From the human T2T-CHM13v2.0 reference genome, Homo sapiens, in NCBI RefSeq assembly GCF_009914755.1, contig NC_060934.1: a stretch of DNA of 64,000 nucleotides, one strand, 5' to 3'. This document shows, in pieces, positions 41,641 to 54,949 of the stretch. Every line of letters starts with the position of its first letter. Positions within the stretch are counted from its first letter, which is position 1. Below the pieces are notes generated by a model. It worked only from the letters and a program-made list of their open reading frames with translations. It had not been told where the DNA came from and did not search any database. The position numbers and the translations under genes are program-made.

Positions 41641-43692
41641 TTCTTTTTCTTTATATCTTGCCTTCTTCTGTTGGAAGACTGTATTCTACTGAGCATGTTG
41701 ATGGGTTAGCATAAGCACTTTGGGTGCAGGCCTGGGGAAAGCTGAATAGCCCTGGATTCAGAAAACAGAGTTCCAGCCACTCCTGCAGATGATTCAGGAG
41801 GCTGCGGCTGGGCAGCAGAGGTGGCAGTGGGCAGTGAAGGGCTAGCAAATGAGACAGATGCCTGGCATGAAACGCGACTACTTCCATAGGACCCCCACGC
41901 AAACAATAATTTCTGTCATATCTGTTGAACTCACAGATGTTTGGTGTGGATATAGTGTGAACCAAATAAGGACCTTTGTTTCATGCCAGGGTCAGTAGGG
42001 CAAAGGAAAGTTTCTCAGGGAAGACAAAATTCAAAAGACCATCACAACTTGATATTCAAGAATGGACCAAAAAAAAAAAATCTTAGGAAAGACTTTGTAC
42101 TTCTACAGGATGAGGAAAGAGACAAGGGGAATAGATGGAAATTTCAGTAAGACTTCAGTTGGCAAGGAAGCCCTGAGCTGACTCCTGGGCCACATATAAA
42201 GCCAGGTGTCTTCAACATAACTGACATGGAATCAGTGATGCTAATTAGCATAATATTAGATCAAAGATGCACCAAAGGGCATTGTTGAAGGTCCACTGTC
42301 CACAAAGTGGTTGGAGGAATGGGACTGAGATGATGGCTGAGTTTCTTTTCTTTATAGGACATGCAATTAATGACTGCAGCCGAATTTCGGCTCTTGTGTT
42401 CCGTCTTCCTAATTCCTGAGCATTGGTCATGAACTTGCTAGCCTTGCCACAATTTATCCAGTAAACAATGTTTTACTCTCACCTTTACAGAAATCTAAGA
42501 GCTTTGAAATTGGCTACATATAGATGTAATGTATGTAGGGCAGGGAGCACCCAAGAGAATTTTTTTTTCTCTAAGATTACAAGATATTTACCAGACCTCT
42601 GAAAAAAATTGCTGGAGTTATAAATGTGCTGGGAACCACCTAAAAATCCCAAGGAATATTAGTTTTTGAAATTGGTGCCAAGATATTGACCATTGTTGCA
42701 TTCTTATAAAGATCTAGAATATGTTCTTATGAAAGAAATTTTTATCATAATTGTTTAAGTCAGCAGCAAAATCGCGGGGTGTCTGTTATGCTACCCACAA
42801 TAATACTCCTGGACAGAGAGAATGACAATATCAGTTCTTTAAAAATCCAACACAAATATCTCCTTCCTTCTGTTTGTACAAAGGCAACCATAATGGCTTT
42901 TGCTTCCGGCAGACTGAAGTAACATGTGGGGTCTCTGTAGAAACACTTGGAGTCTACAAAATGAGCTTTTAGCTTATCCCCTGGTAGTTAATTACTATAC
43001 CTCTAGGTCAATTAGATGGCTCTCAATTGCTCAGTTGTAACTGTGGTTTCACTCACAAGCTGTGTGTGGTAATTCTAGTTTACTTGTTTTCTTAAGTAAA
43101 ACTCAAATTGCCGTGTGCATGAGATCCAGAATAATGATCAAAACTGAAGTATGCTGAAGTGGGCTATGTAATTAAAACAATTTCATCAAAAGCTTCGTAT
43201 TTTAAGTTGCCATTATATTGGTAATGCTCTCTTGGTTCCTCCAAAGACCATTTCTAAAAGTAAAAAATAAAATAAAAAGAGCATTTTACCTTCATAACTA
43301 GCACTAATAATCAGATATTTGCATGATCTGAAATGAAACAAGAGGTACACAGTCCAAGGTGGTCGTGTGTATTGAAGGAACAACACTGCACTGGTCCACC
43401 GGGGATACAGCTGAATAACCTGGAGGTATTTGTTGTCATTCAGTATTCCCGGGTGCAGTGCCTTTTCAGCTGCCGCAAGGTTAGGCATACAGGAGCGTGT
43501 TGCACACGGCTGTGCTCATCCTGCCGTTCTAATGTGAATGCATTATTTCCAGCTTTGTGGAAGCTCCAGCACATTTATAATCACTTTCTACTCACTCTTG
43601 ACTATGACTCCTTCATCTGACAAACCCTCAGTGAAACATCTTCTGCCTGTCACTGTCCCCCTCCACTCAGGAAAGCCACAGACCTTGTTTGT

Positions 43693-44050
43693 GCATTCAG
43701 CAAACACTTACTGAACATCCACTGAATACCGGACACTGCTGAATTCCAGGGATATAAAAGCGAGTAAGACTCGGACCCGGTGGTCAAAGATGCTAATGTC
43801 TTGTGAAGAAGACAGACATTTAGACAAGTAATTACAATAAAGTGTAAGAACTCTTACTCAAAGAGGGAACACCTAATTGTATCCAAGAGTGATGTGCAGA
43901 AGAGGAATCAGGGAGGCCTTCCCAACGGAGCTGATGCTTGAACTGGGTCTAGAAAGATGCAAGGAATTTGCCAAGTGGTTCAAATGAGAAGTCAAGATAT
44001 TAGCAGACAGGGGAAAGAACATATATGAATGTGGAAAGGATGGCTTTGTG
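43693..44050 (-). mobile_element. L2 3' end
   Basis: cattcagcaaacacttactgaacatccact...tcagggaggccttccc...gatgcttgaactgggtct. Confidence 0.75.
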
Positions 44051-44369
44051 TTTACTAATTCGATCTACCAGGTGGATGAGGTTGCCATAATCCAAGAAAA
44101 GGAATATAAAAGGAGAGAAGGGGATGTGTACAAGGAGCCCAGTTAGCGTCTTCTGTGTTATTGTCACTGTCATTATCATCATCATCATCATCAAACCATG
44201 TTTGTAAAATTCTTCTAACACGTTCAGCAGACTGATTTTTTTAAAAACCCATAAAAACATATTGCCCATTCTATAAAGATTCAGTAGTATGCTGTCTTCC
44301 TAATATGTATTCTGAGATTATGGTTCTGCCTGTACTATTAAATTATAAAGTAAGTAATGACTCACAAGT

Positions 44370-45600
44370 TGGAAAGCTGAAATTGACCAATAACCACAAA
44401 ATGATTTAAAGATATCACTTTTTTATATTTCAAAGAAATCAGTAATTCCTGTGCTAATTAAACTGTTTCACAGCATAAAGAAAAAACTGAATTTTTCCGA
44501 AGCAAGTGTAAATAGTTATCCTTTTATTATAGAATGCAAAACCTGACAAAGATAGCGCAGTAAAAGGATGCCTTGAAAAACTGATGATGTAATTTATTCA
44601 AGACAATAAAGGTATAAAAAGATCTGGTAAAAGTCTGGAAAAAATAACAATGAAAAGTCTAATGGAGTGTGAATAATTATCCCAGATATTAAAACATAAA
44701 ACTATAGAGATTAAAACAATGTGGGCTTTGGCCTCACTACACAAATTAGTTAAAAAGAAAAAGAATACAGAAATAGATTCAAATATATGTGGTAATTTAG
44801 TGCCATAATAAAGAATATAAAATAAATGAAGGAAGGATGACTTTTCAATAGTAGTATAGGGAGAGTTGGCTGGAAGCTGTTCAAAAAATATGAATTCAAC
44901 CATTCCTCTTTATATTAATTTTTAAGTTCCAGATAGATAAAATAGTGTACTATAAAAAGGCATACATAAATACATAAGATCGAAATATGAGTAAACATTT
45001 TTACAAACTTGTAATAGGGAGGACCCACAAAGAAAAAGACTAATCGCTGGTGACTGCAACACTGACACATAAATTCTATAACCAAACCTCAGTGAAAGAC
45101 TAAATCAAACTAGCAAATTATTTATATCACTTAGAATAAGTATCCCTAACATAAAGAGTCCTGATTAACTAATTTTCTTAATGTGCTAATAGGAAACTAG
45201 GCAAAGGAAGTGAATGGGCAATTATACATACATACATACATACATACATCCCAAAGAAAGAAATAGGAATGGCCTATATGAACATGAAAATATATTCAAT
45301 CTTGCTAATAATTAAGGAAATGCAAGTTATGACTATACTGAATTATCATTTATGATTTATTAGATAAAGATGAAACAAATCATAATATCATCTGTTGGCA
45401 GTATCTGAAGAAATGGGCATGCTCATGCGTTGTTGGAGGGAGTGGGGCAATTTTTAATCAAAATTGGAAGGTACTTTATCTAGCAACCCCTCTTAGGAAT
45501 TAAAGATATTTGAAGAAGTATTCAAGGGTATTGATTTCAGCTTTTTCGATCCTAATGAAAATTGAAATATTTTAAATGTTAATCGGAAGGAGATACAGTT
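44370..45600 (+). mobile_element. Very old L1M/L1ME ORF2 relic; its 3' portion resumes at about 46920-47020 and 47720-47900
   Basis: caaaacctgacaaagata; acagaaatagattcaaatatatgtggtaatttag; ggaaatgcaagttatgactatactga; contains (TACA)n at 45224-45249. Confidence 0.65.
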
Positions 45601-45609
45601 GATCTATGC

Positions 45610-45908
45610 AGACATACAAAGCTTAAATGCTTAGAGGGATCATGGAGCTAGTTAAATGAAGGAGTGGTTCAGGTGGAAGACAATAGGGAGTGATGGGATC
45701 ATAGAGAATGGGAGAGTGTCCTCACAAAGGGACAGGCACTCTCGGCTCCAGCTATTTGTCACCATCAGGGAATGCTGAGCCCAGGCTGCCAGATTTTTGT
45801 GGAAGAGAAGTTGAAAATCGAAATTTGAGAATGCAGTCCCCGGATTTTTAAACTAAAATGTAAAAGAAAACACAGTGCGGATCATAACCAACACTTTCGC
45901 CAACTCTG
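45610..45908 (-). mobile_element. MER102 hAT-Charlie element
   Basis: gacaatagggagtgatggga...ctcggctccagct...gggaatgctgagcccaggctgccagattt. Confidence 0.75.
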
Positions 45909-46035
45909 GATGTCATAAATTTGTTTCTTCTTTGTTTATCTAATAGGTCATAAGTGATCATTCATGTTAGTCGTAACTTGCATTTCTTTAAAATTATTAG
46001 CAACATTAAATATATTCTCGTATAGGTCATCCTTA

Positions 46036-46327
46036 TTTTTTTTTTTTGAGACAGGGTCTCACTCTGTTACCAGGCTGGAGTGCAATGGTGTGGTCTCAGC
46101 TCACTGCAACCTCCCGTCTTCCCGGGTTCAAGCAATTCTCCTGCCTCAGCCTCCCGAGTAGCTGGGACTATAGGCATGCACCACCACGCCCAGCTAATTT
46201 TTGTATTTTTAGCAGAGACGGGGTTCACCATGTTGGCCAGGATGGTCTCAATCTCTTGACCTCATGATCTGCCCACCTTGGCTTCCCAAAGTGATGGGAT
46301 TACAGGCATGAGCCACTATGCCCGGTC
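46036..46327 (-). mobile_element. AluSc-like, full length
   Basis: caggatggtctcaatctcttgacctcatg Sc diagnostics. Confidence 0.93.
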
Positions 46328-46508
46328 CCCTTTTATTTCTTTGATAGGTAGGTATGTATGTATGCATGTGAATTGTCTATTCACTTCCTTTTCCTAGTTT
46401 CCTATTGACAAATTTACTTTAAAATTAATTAATCAAATACCAAATTTAGCTTTCAAAATCCAGTTTGCACCATGTGATTTGTGCAGTGAAAGACTTCCAG
46501 GCCATCAT

Positions 46509-46916
46509 TGTGGCAGGCTGTTCTGCTGCCCCCACGTGGGCTGTCCCATCTCCAAGACAGGATTGTCTACCCCATGCTCTACTGTGTGCCTGGCAGTGCT
46601 ACTGTGTGCCTGGCAGTGCTGCTGTATGAGCAGTGCACTGGCCCAGCCCGTTAATGTGGGGCCAAGCATGTGTCTCCTTTTGGCCAAACACATACGAGTG
46701 GAGGTGACACACACCTTGTCTAGGAGACCTTAAGGCCATAACAGGTCTCCACTCCACTGTTCCACACTCTGCATCTGTCCTAAACAGGGACCACCTGAAT
46801 CCTGGAATGAGATGGCACATGAAGCAGAACCGTAATGAATGATGAACCCCTGATATGTTGTGTAGTTATAAGTCACCAAAACTGTTGGGTTCATTTTTGT
46901 AGCAAAGCTGACTAAT
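46509..46916 (+). mobile_element. Old MaLR LTR (MLT1H/I/J-like)
   Basis: catgtgtctccttttggccaa...gagtggaggtgacacacacc...gtagcaaagctgactaat. Confidence 0.6.
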
Positions 46917-47034
46917 TTTTAAAATTGTTTAAAATATGGCAGTTTTCACTGACATGAAAAGATCTCTACACTATATGGCTGAGTGGAGGAAAACAGCAGC
47001 AAAACAGAATACATAATATGAAACTTTTTTTGTT

Positions 47035-47403
47035 TCTTTACTTTTTTCTTCTCCTTTTTTTTCTTTTTTTTTTATTATACTTTAAGTTCTAGGGTACATG
47101 TGCACAATGTGCAGGTTTGTTACACATGTATACATGTGCCATGTTGGTGTGCTGCACCCATTAACTCGTCATTTACATTAGGTATATCTCCTAATGCTAT
47201 CCTTCCCCCATCCCCCACCCCACGACAGGCCCTGGTGTGTGATGTTCCCATTCCTGTGTCCAGGTGTTCTCATTGTTCAATTCCCATCTATGGTGTTCTC
47301 ATTGTTCAATTCCCATCTATGAGTGAGAACATGCGGTGTTTGGTTTTTTGTCCTTGCGATAGTTTGCTGAGAATGATGGTTTCCAGCTTCATCCATGTCC
47401 CTA
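47035..47403 (-). mobile_element. 5'-truncated L1PA (about PA4-5) 3'UTR, inserted in an Alu tail
   Basis: ttattatactttaagttctagggtacatgtgcacaatgtgcagg...ttccagcttcatccatgtccct; TSD tttttttgtt. Confidence 0.95.
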
Positions 47404-47710
<307 letters not shown>

Positions 47711-47979
47711 CATTATATGAAATTTTTAAGTAAAATGTTGCATATTAATATACCTCCATATAGCTATATGTATTTTTAAAAAAGCCTGTTAGATATGCAG
47801 AATTGGTAATAGTGATTGTCTTGAGACGCTGGACTTGGGACAGCTTTTACTGTAGTTTTTCCACTTTCCTGTATTCTTGATTTCCTGTAACAAATCATCT
47901 TTGTAAAAAGAAATTAATATTTCTACATGACTGATGGTTAAAAGAATCTCAAGAGCCATATAGAACATAAAATGATTCC

Positions 47980-49220
47980 ACCAGAATAATTTTTCACCCT
48001 CAAAAAAGTAAATATCTTCATCTCATAAAAACTTGATTATAGAGCCAAGACTAGCCAAGGCACTCCTGAAAATGAAGATCAAAGAGAAAAGATTTGCTTA
48101 TCAGGATTTCAGGAATTATTATAAAGCTATACTAATTAAGACAATATGCTACTGGCATAATACAAGTATGTGAACCAATTTTAAAAAGTGGAGAGTCTAC
48201 ACATATCCAGAAACTTGATTCATGACATAGTTGGCATTGTAGACAAGTTGGAAAGAAACAGAGTTTCCAATAAATTGTGCTGGAAAACTGGTTGTCCATA
48301 TTTTTTTATAAAAAGATAAATTGGGCCCATACCTCCTATTATAACTCAAAAATTAATGCCTCTTGGCTTAAAATTTTAATATGAAAGGTAATATCATAAA
48401 ACATTTAGAAGACAGTCTACAAAAGATCTTAATGACTTTAAAGGAAGAGAAAGATTTCTTTAATATAAATCTCAAACGATGAAAAAATTAATTCAGCTAC
48501 ATTGAAGTTGAGAACTTCTGTTCATCAAAAGATTTCATTTAAAAAAATTAGAAGATAAGCTACAAAACAGGAGATAATATTTTTAAAACCTGCAAAAGGC
48601 AAAAAATAATATGTAGTTATTTTTCAGTGCTTATGATGTGCCAGATGCTTATACTAAGGCTTTACATGTATTAATGCAGCTAATTTCACAACAACCCCAT
48701 GAGACAAGTAGTATTGTCATCCCCATTTTGTAGATAGCACTGAGGCACAAAGAAGTTAGGGAACTTGCTCATGCCCACGTAGTTAGGAAGTAGCAGAGCT
48801 GGAATTTGAACCCAGGCTGACTTGCTTTGAAGTCTGTTATTTTAATCACTCCAACATGACGTTATACTGCCTCAGCTATATTAAAGGATGATAATTCAAA
48901 ATATATGAAGAGCACCTATAATCAATAATAAAAAAGACTAGCAGTACAGTGCAAAAAGGGCAAAAGATTAAAGGGTCATTTTACGGAAGAAGAAAAATAA
49001 ATGATCAGTAAATATGTGAATAGTAGTCAATTTCACTAGTAATCAGTGAAATGCAAATTATAGCTACTTTACATCCACCTGATTCTACAATGTAGAAGAG
49101 TCCACATCCTTGCCAGCATGAAATAATGGTATAGAGGAGTTCATATCCTTGCCAGTGTGAAATAGTGGCACAGATATGGACTCTTCTACACTGCTGGAGG
49201 GAGCATAGATTGACAAATAT
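47980..49220 (+). mobile_element. Old L1M ORF2 relic with an embedded MIR
   Basis: tattataaagctatactaattaagacaatatgctactggc; gaacttctgttcatcaaaaga; cactagtaatcagtgaaatgcaaatta. Confidence 0.7.
48605..48870 (-). mobile_element. MIR, near full length
   Basis: cacaacaaccccatgag...ccccattttgtagat...actgaggcacaaagaagtt...gaatttgaacccagg. Confidence 0.88.
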
Positions 49221-50572
49221 ATTAATGTCATCATTCTCTTAAGAGTTAATTAATTGATATTTTGGTCCTACTATGTAAAAATTTTATGGAAAAAGTCATC
49301 TCTTTAGGTCACATTTTTCTCCCACATGGACACATGAGACAGTTCTATTAAAAATAGAAGCAAATATGTCTCAATTGATAAAATATGTATATGGAGTTTA
49401 TTAAGTGGTTTGTAAAATATAAAATTCATCTTTAAAACTTGAAGGAAAGTATGAGCCTCACTCAAGTCTATTTTGATTAAAAAGATAGTACATATTTGAG
49501 TGAAAAAAATTCTTTAACTTATTCTTAAGGGCCTATTTAAGACAGATTTTTATCCCAACTTGGAGGCGTTGACAAACCAAAATGGTAACTGTTAATTGAT
49601 GGCAGGTTTTTAGGCAGTGGGTTTTTTGTTTTTTGTTTTTGTTTTTGTTGCACTTAATATGGTGCCCTTTGTCTCATTTCTCACTGTCCCTTTTATGCTT
49701 TTGTCTTAAAATATTAAATCAGCAAGGAAAGTGTCAGAAGATTACAGTTTAGTTCATTGCAAACCACAGCTTATCTTTACACTGACCTGCAGAACAGTCT
49801 TAGTGATGTTATCAGAAAAACACCAGAGAGGAACAGAACTGAGAAGAAAAAAAAAAAAAAAAAAAAAGCTTTGCTTTTCTAGAACAGTTTCTAACAGTGC
49901 TAAAAAACATCATGTTTTGAACTATCATTTTTTGACTCGGTAATCATGATAGCGAGCAAATGCCCTCTATCCCCTCAGTTCAGTCCTACAGAATTAAGTC
50001 CTGGAAACAGCGGCTGTCCAGTTTGTTAAAGATTGACCTAGGAAAGATCTCAATGCTACCAGCACCTTATAGGGCGCAAAATGTAATAATAGGGTAAATT
50101 ATGTTTTCTTTTTCACATTTGCACGCTGAGATTGTTTTGGAGATCTTTTAACTTAGCTCGTTATAATCAAGTTGTACAGCCTTTGTTTTAATAAGATTCT
50201 AATCCTGAGGTCTATCCTTCGCATCAATGACTTTACACTGTTAATTGCTTTCTTGTCCTCCATTAAATTGCGGTTGCAGTTGCTTCATCTTAAAAGGCGC
50301 CTTGTGCTTTGTATTCTGCCCCATGCTCTGCAGACACACTTAGTAACATCATCTTCCTAAAGAACAAAATTACCTATTATCCCTTTAATCTTGATGTACT
50401 TTTTTATGTGTTTGGTTCCTAGCTAGTGTCCAACCAGGAAGCTACATATTATCTTCTTTTAAAAAAAAATGTTTTTTTAAAAGCCGCATAGTGTGGATGG
50501 CCAAAATTTATTTCTCAATAGAACTCACATAGTGCATTCATTTATTTTTTATAGGACTAATTAAAAAGACAA

Positions 50573-50660
50573 AGGGATCTATTCTCCCCTTGATACACCA
50601 GAGTGACTTCCATTAACATTAATGGAAGGGAAATACTTGCATGGAGATGAGTGGAGACCT
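50573..50660. mobile_element. Probable MER135 ancient palindromic element
   Basis: agggatctattctccccttgatacac...acttccattaacattaatggaag resembles the MER135 left arm and central palindrome as I recall it. Confidence 0.5.
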
Positions 50661-52004
50661 CATATTAGAAAGTGAAAACAGCAGAGTCTGGAGTGAATGT
50701 CCCCACGTTTTTGATGAGAGAAGCTACACAAAAAGCAAATAGCTCAATTCACAAATGTGTTTTCCCCCTATGCTTTCTGTTTGTTTGTATATTGAGGAAA
50801 ATCAGCGAATATTTGGAGGCAGTTCCTTCCTTCAGAAATCAATTGGATGTGAATTTGTAATTTTAACACGAATGACACAACTTACAGGAGGAACTCAGCA
50901 ATGAGAAGCAACGGGGGGATCTGACAGGTCTTTGCTGCAGTGGAGTCCTGTGAGACCTGCTTCTGGAGGCAGAGGTGAGAGTAGAAATTGGATACCTGAA
51001 GAACTCTGTACACAGAAACTTAATTTTCAAGGAAGCCCAGCTGTCCGTGTCAAGCTGATCTTTTGACACATCTTTCCAGAAATCTATCAAAATCTGGAGA
51101 CTGCTTCTGACTTTTCAGTGTAGCCTCTGAATCTGTGATCCTCTTGGCCCCCTTGTATACCTTATGAAAGTTTTAAATTTTAAATGTACATAATCTGACA
51201 CACACTGGGGAAGTTTCTCTTTTATCATGTCATTCTTAGGTTAATTACCAGGGAATTAATTATTTAAAGTGTGACTAGCTCTCCATGCTGTATATTGTTT
51301 TAAAATATTGATACATTCATTTTGCATCTGGTGGGTGCTAAGTTCAAACTGCTTTTTACCCTTTGAAAATGTACTTCAAAAATACAAGCAGTCTTCTGAG
51401 TAACAAACCTCTCCGTGGTATCTTGCCACTGCCCTCCATTTCCCTGGCCTGGACTTTGCTTTAGCTGCTTAAATCAGGCTCAGGAGCATTATATTTTGCC
51501 TCCAGTCTCTCCCTCCCCCTGTCTGGTTAGCACTATCTCTGGAATTTTGTTACTATTCATACTGACCTGGAAAATGCTTCTAAGATACTTTCTTACTTTA
51601 ATTGCTTCCTTTCTTAACTATGACAAACTCCCTGCTTCAGAACCTTACCTGGAACTTTCTTTGGAGCTAAAAGAGATTCAAATCCTTTAGCCAGAGTTCT
51701 TTGTTCAGCTTAAAGTGTGACTTTCCCTGTCTTATATTTATCACCTTTAATACCTTCTCCTGTCTTGGGATCCAATTCAGCCTTCATCTGCTCTCGTCAG
51801 AATTTCCTAAAGAATCATCTATATTTTTCTTCTCACAGTAAAACCACATTTTCCTCCATACTTCCTATGTTGTGAAGTGGTTTGCAAAATGTATCCAGAG
51901 GAACTTGGGCTGGAGGAGGAGAAGGCAGTGGCAAGGAGATCCCATAAGCATTTCATTTTAACTTTGCATTTTAAAAATCCTTTCATTCCCCTAAGATTTT
52001 TTAG

Positions 52005-52462
52005 TGCGTTAGTTCAGGACCTCTGAGAAGCTGACACCAAGACGAGGTGAAATGTGCAAGAGCTTTACTGGGGGACATGCCTATGAAGGGTACAGGGAGG
52101 AAGCATGAGTAAGTAAGGACGGCCTCAGACCAAGAGGTAAGTCTGGCACCTGTGGGAGGCAGTGTGGGGAAGGCTAAAGGAAGGAACAATGATTGGGTAG
52201 CATGGTGCAGTTCTAAGAAAGTTTTGAAAAGACCAATGGAAAGTCCTCAAGCCAATCACCTGCCAGCAAAGTTTCACATCAGGCAGGAATGGACCCTGTA
52301 CCACTACTCCCACCAGGCTCAGCATTGGTTGGCTGGGACCATCCTGGAAGAATTTGGCAGCACCGCACATGGTGCTGGATCCAGAGGGGTGGCATTTGGG
52401 GTTTTGAGTCAACTGTGCTCCCCTCCACAGGAAATCTGACTAGCACCTTTTTAGGCCACCAC
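52005..52462 (-). mobile_element. LTR16A-like ERVL solo LTR
   Basis: tgcaagagctttactggggga...gtgcagttctaagaaagtt...gctcagcattggttggctggga...ggatccagaggggtggca. Confidence 0.75.
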
Positions 52463-53327
52463 TCTCAGCTGTTTGTTTTCCTCCTGCAGTGTGGCTGTTG
52501 CCCTCAGAAGAGATCAGCAACCTGTCAAGACAGTCTTACTCCTACTGGCCATTCTCCCAGGGCCAACTAATGCTGCTTTGGCAGTCACCATGGGATCACT
52601 ATAGACAGTGTGGATTTCCCCCTCACAAGCTCTGAGATTAATGACACCTGTACATCCATGAAATTAGCTCCAAGACTATACTGTAGCCAAGGCTCAAAAT
52701 CTATTTCCTATTCCCCATTTCAAATTATATATAGTCATGTTTCTAAAAGACAGCATAACAGGTTGTAGAGATCAAACAACCTGATTAAGATATTTAATCG
52801 ACTGTCAACATAAAGATGCCCTAAGTTTGAATACAAACTCCCTACCATTTTCAAATTCCTGGAGAGAAATTTAAGTCCAAATATTCAATCACTTTACAAA
52901 TTAAAGTCCAAAGAACATAAAGTCTGCAATCAGATTCTCTTATCCTAGTGAGCTAAATTTTAAAAATATATATCCACAGTTTATTCTCTCCAATTTTTGA
53001 TATTGCTCAGTGCCAGGTACTGGGGTTATTGATACATAAGACGAGTTAGGATTGCTTGAACAGCTTCAGCCTGGAGTTTCTATCACTCGGATGGATGTAG
53101 TCCCTTCAGTGCTTCATAAATTACAGCTGAAGTCTGAAAGAGTTCAAAATAAATCCTTAAAAATCTCAAGATTATTATTGGCCTGGCACTTACCCAAACG
53201 AGAAAGTGAGCTAGTCCCCAGCTACTAAAGTAATTAGTCTAGTGCCCAGGGTTACTAAAACTGTAGCAGAGATTGAGTGCTAAGTGAGTAAAGGAGAGTA
53301 GTTGGAGAAAATATTGGTTTTAGTCTT

Positions 53328-53667
<340 letters not shown>

Positions 53668-54389
53668 TGATGCCCAGAATCTATGACCTGTGAATATAAA
53701 TTCAACGGAAAGAAATCTTTCCATAAGAGGTTAACTAGACCCTATACATTTGTATTTATGGGAAAAAGTCATCCGTGTAAATGGTCAACTCCAGTAAATG
53801 TTCTTGAAAATGGTCTACTCCAGTAAATGTTCTTAACCTGGTTATTCCCCTTTCAAAGCACTCATCTGGAGGCCAAGAATCACATCTGTCATGAGCACCA
53901 TGGAATCCCTGGCATCCAGCCCCATGCCTAACATAAAGGAGGGACTTGATAAATAATTGTTTTTATGAAAAGAACTTAAGAGAAGTTAATTCCTCCTCAT
54001 GTCATTCAAGCTTCTATATCAGCTTAGTTGAAGAATAGCCTGGTTTATAGGGTGAACTGTTAAAACTCTTTTAAAATTTACAACTGTGCAATGCAGGGTT
54101 TTCTTAATACTATGTAACAATAACAAAAAAATAAATCAAGCTCTGAGACTAGCATAACTGTGACTAACTTCCATAAGCTTTGATTTCCAAATTCTATGTT
54201 AATCACTATACCCACATTATTCTCATTGATTGACTTTACAACAAGTAAATATTTACTGTTATGACTGTGTTTTAAAAATTATAATTATAACTTATATTTA
54301 CCCTAATAAAATAATACATTTAACATGCATGATTTTGTTTTAAAGCTAGGTTTCTGCTAATAAAGTTTGAAAACTACTGGCTTGGCGAA

Positions 54390-54570
54390 AGTAAAATTGG
54401 CTTTGAGGGTGAGAATTTGATCTGGATTCAGATTTCTCTCTGCCTTAACGTATTTTAGACTCAGGTAACTATTTTGTAAAATGGGAATGATTATATATAC
54501 CTCAAAATTTGTTTCAGGATTGAGAAAGTTCAGTAAGAAAATCTTAAAAGGCCCTGGCACAGAGCAGGCT
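54390..54570 (+). mobile_element. MIR
   Basis: tgtaaaatgggaatgatt...caggattgag...ccctggcacagagcaggctc. Confidence 0.65.
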
Positions 54571-54949
54571 CTGTGTCTTGTTTTCCTCCTCTCTTAACAA
54601 ATGCCTTTATTCAAAACAATCACAGTAGATTATACAGGCCTACAGACAAAATAGGCATTTAGTAAATCTGCTGATTAATTTCATTTTTCAATATTTGAAG
54701 ATATTTTCATTAAACAATTTGAACTGTAAGTGGGTTAAACAGTTTTCATTATTAGAATTGACTACTTTCTTCAAAGTTTTCGTATTACTTTATTCATACC
54801 TGGGTTCCAGTACATGCCTCCCCCTAGAATTTCAGCACCTAGAGTACAGGATTATATCCTAGACTTCATCTTTACAGTGAAGGCCATATAATTGAACTTC
54901 GTAAATTTTGAACAAATACTTTTTTTAAAAAAAAATCAGAAACCTATAT

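Noticed and set aside
49846-49867. Orphan poly(A) tracts (also 57723-57747) as retrocopy tails
   Set aside because: No TSD and no upstream retrotransposed body is visible
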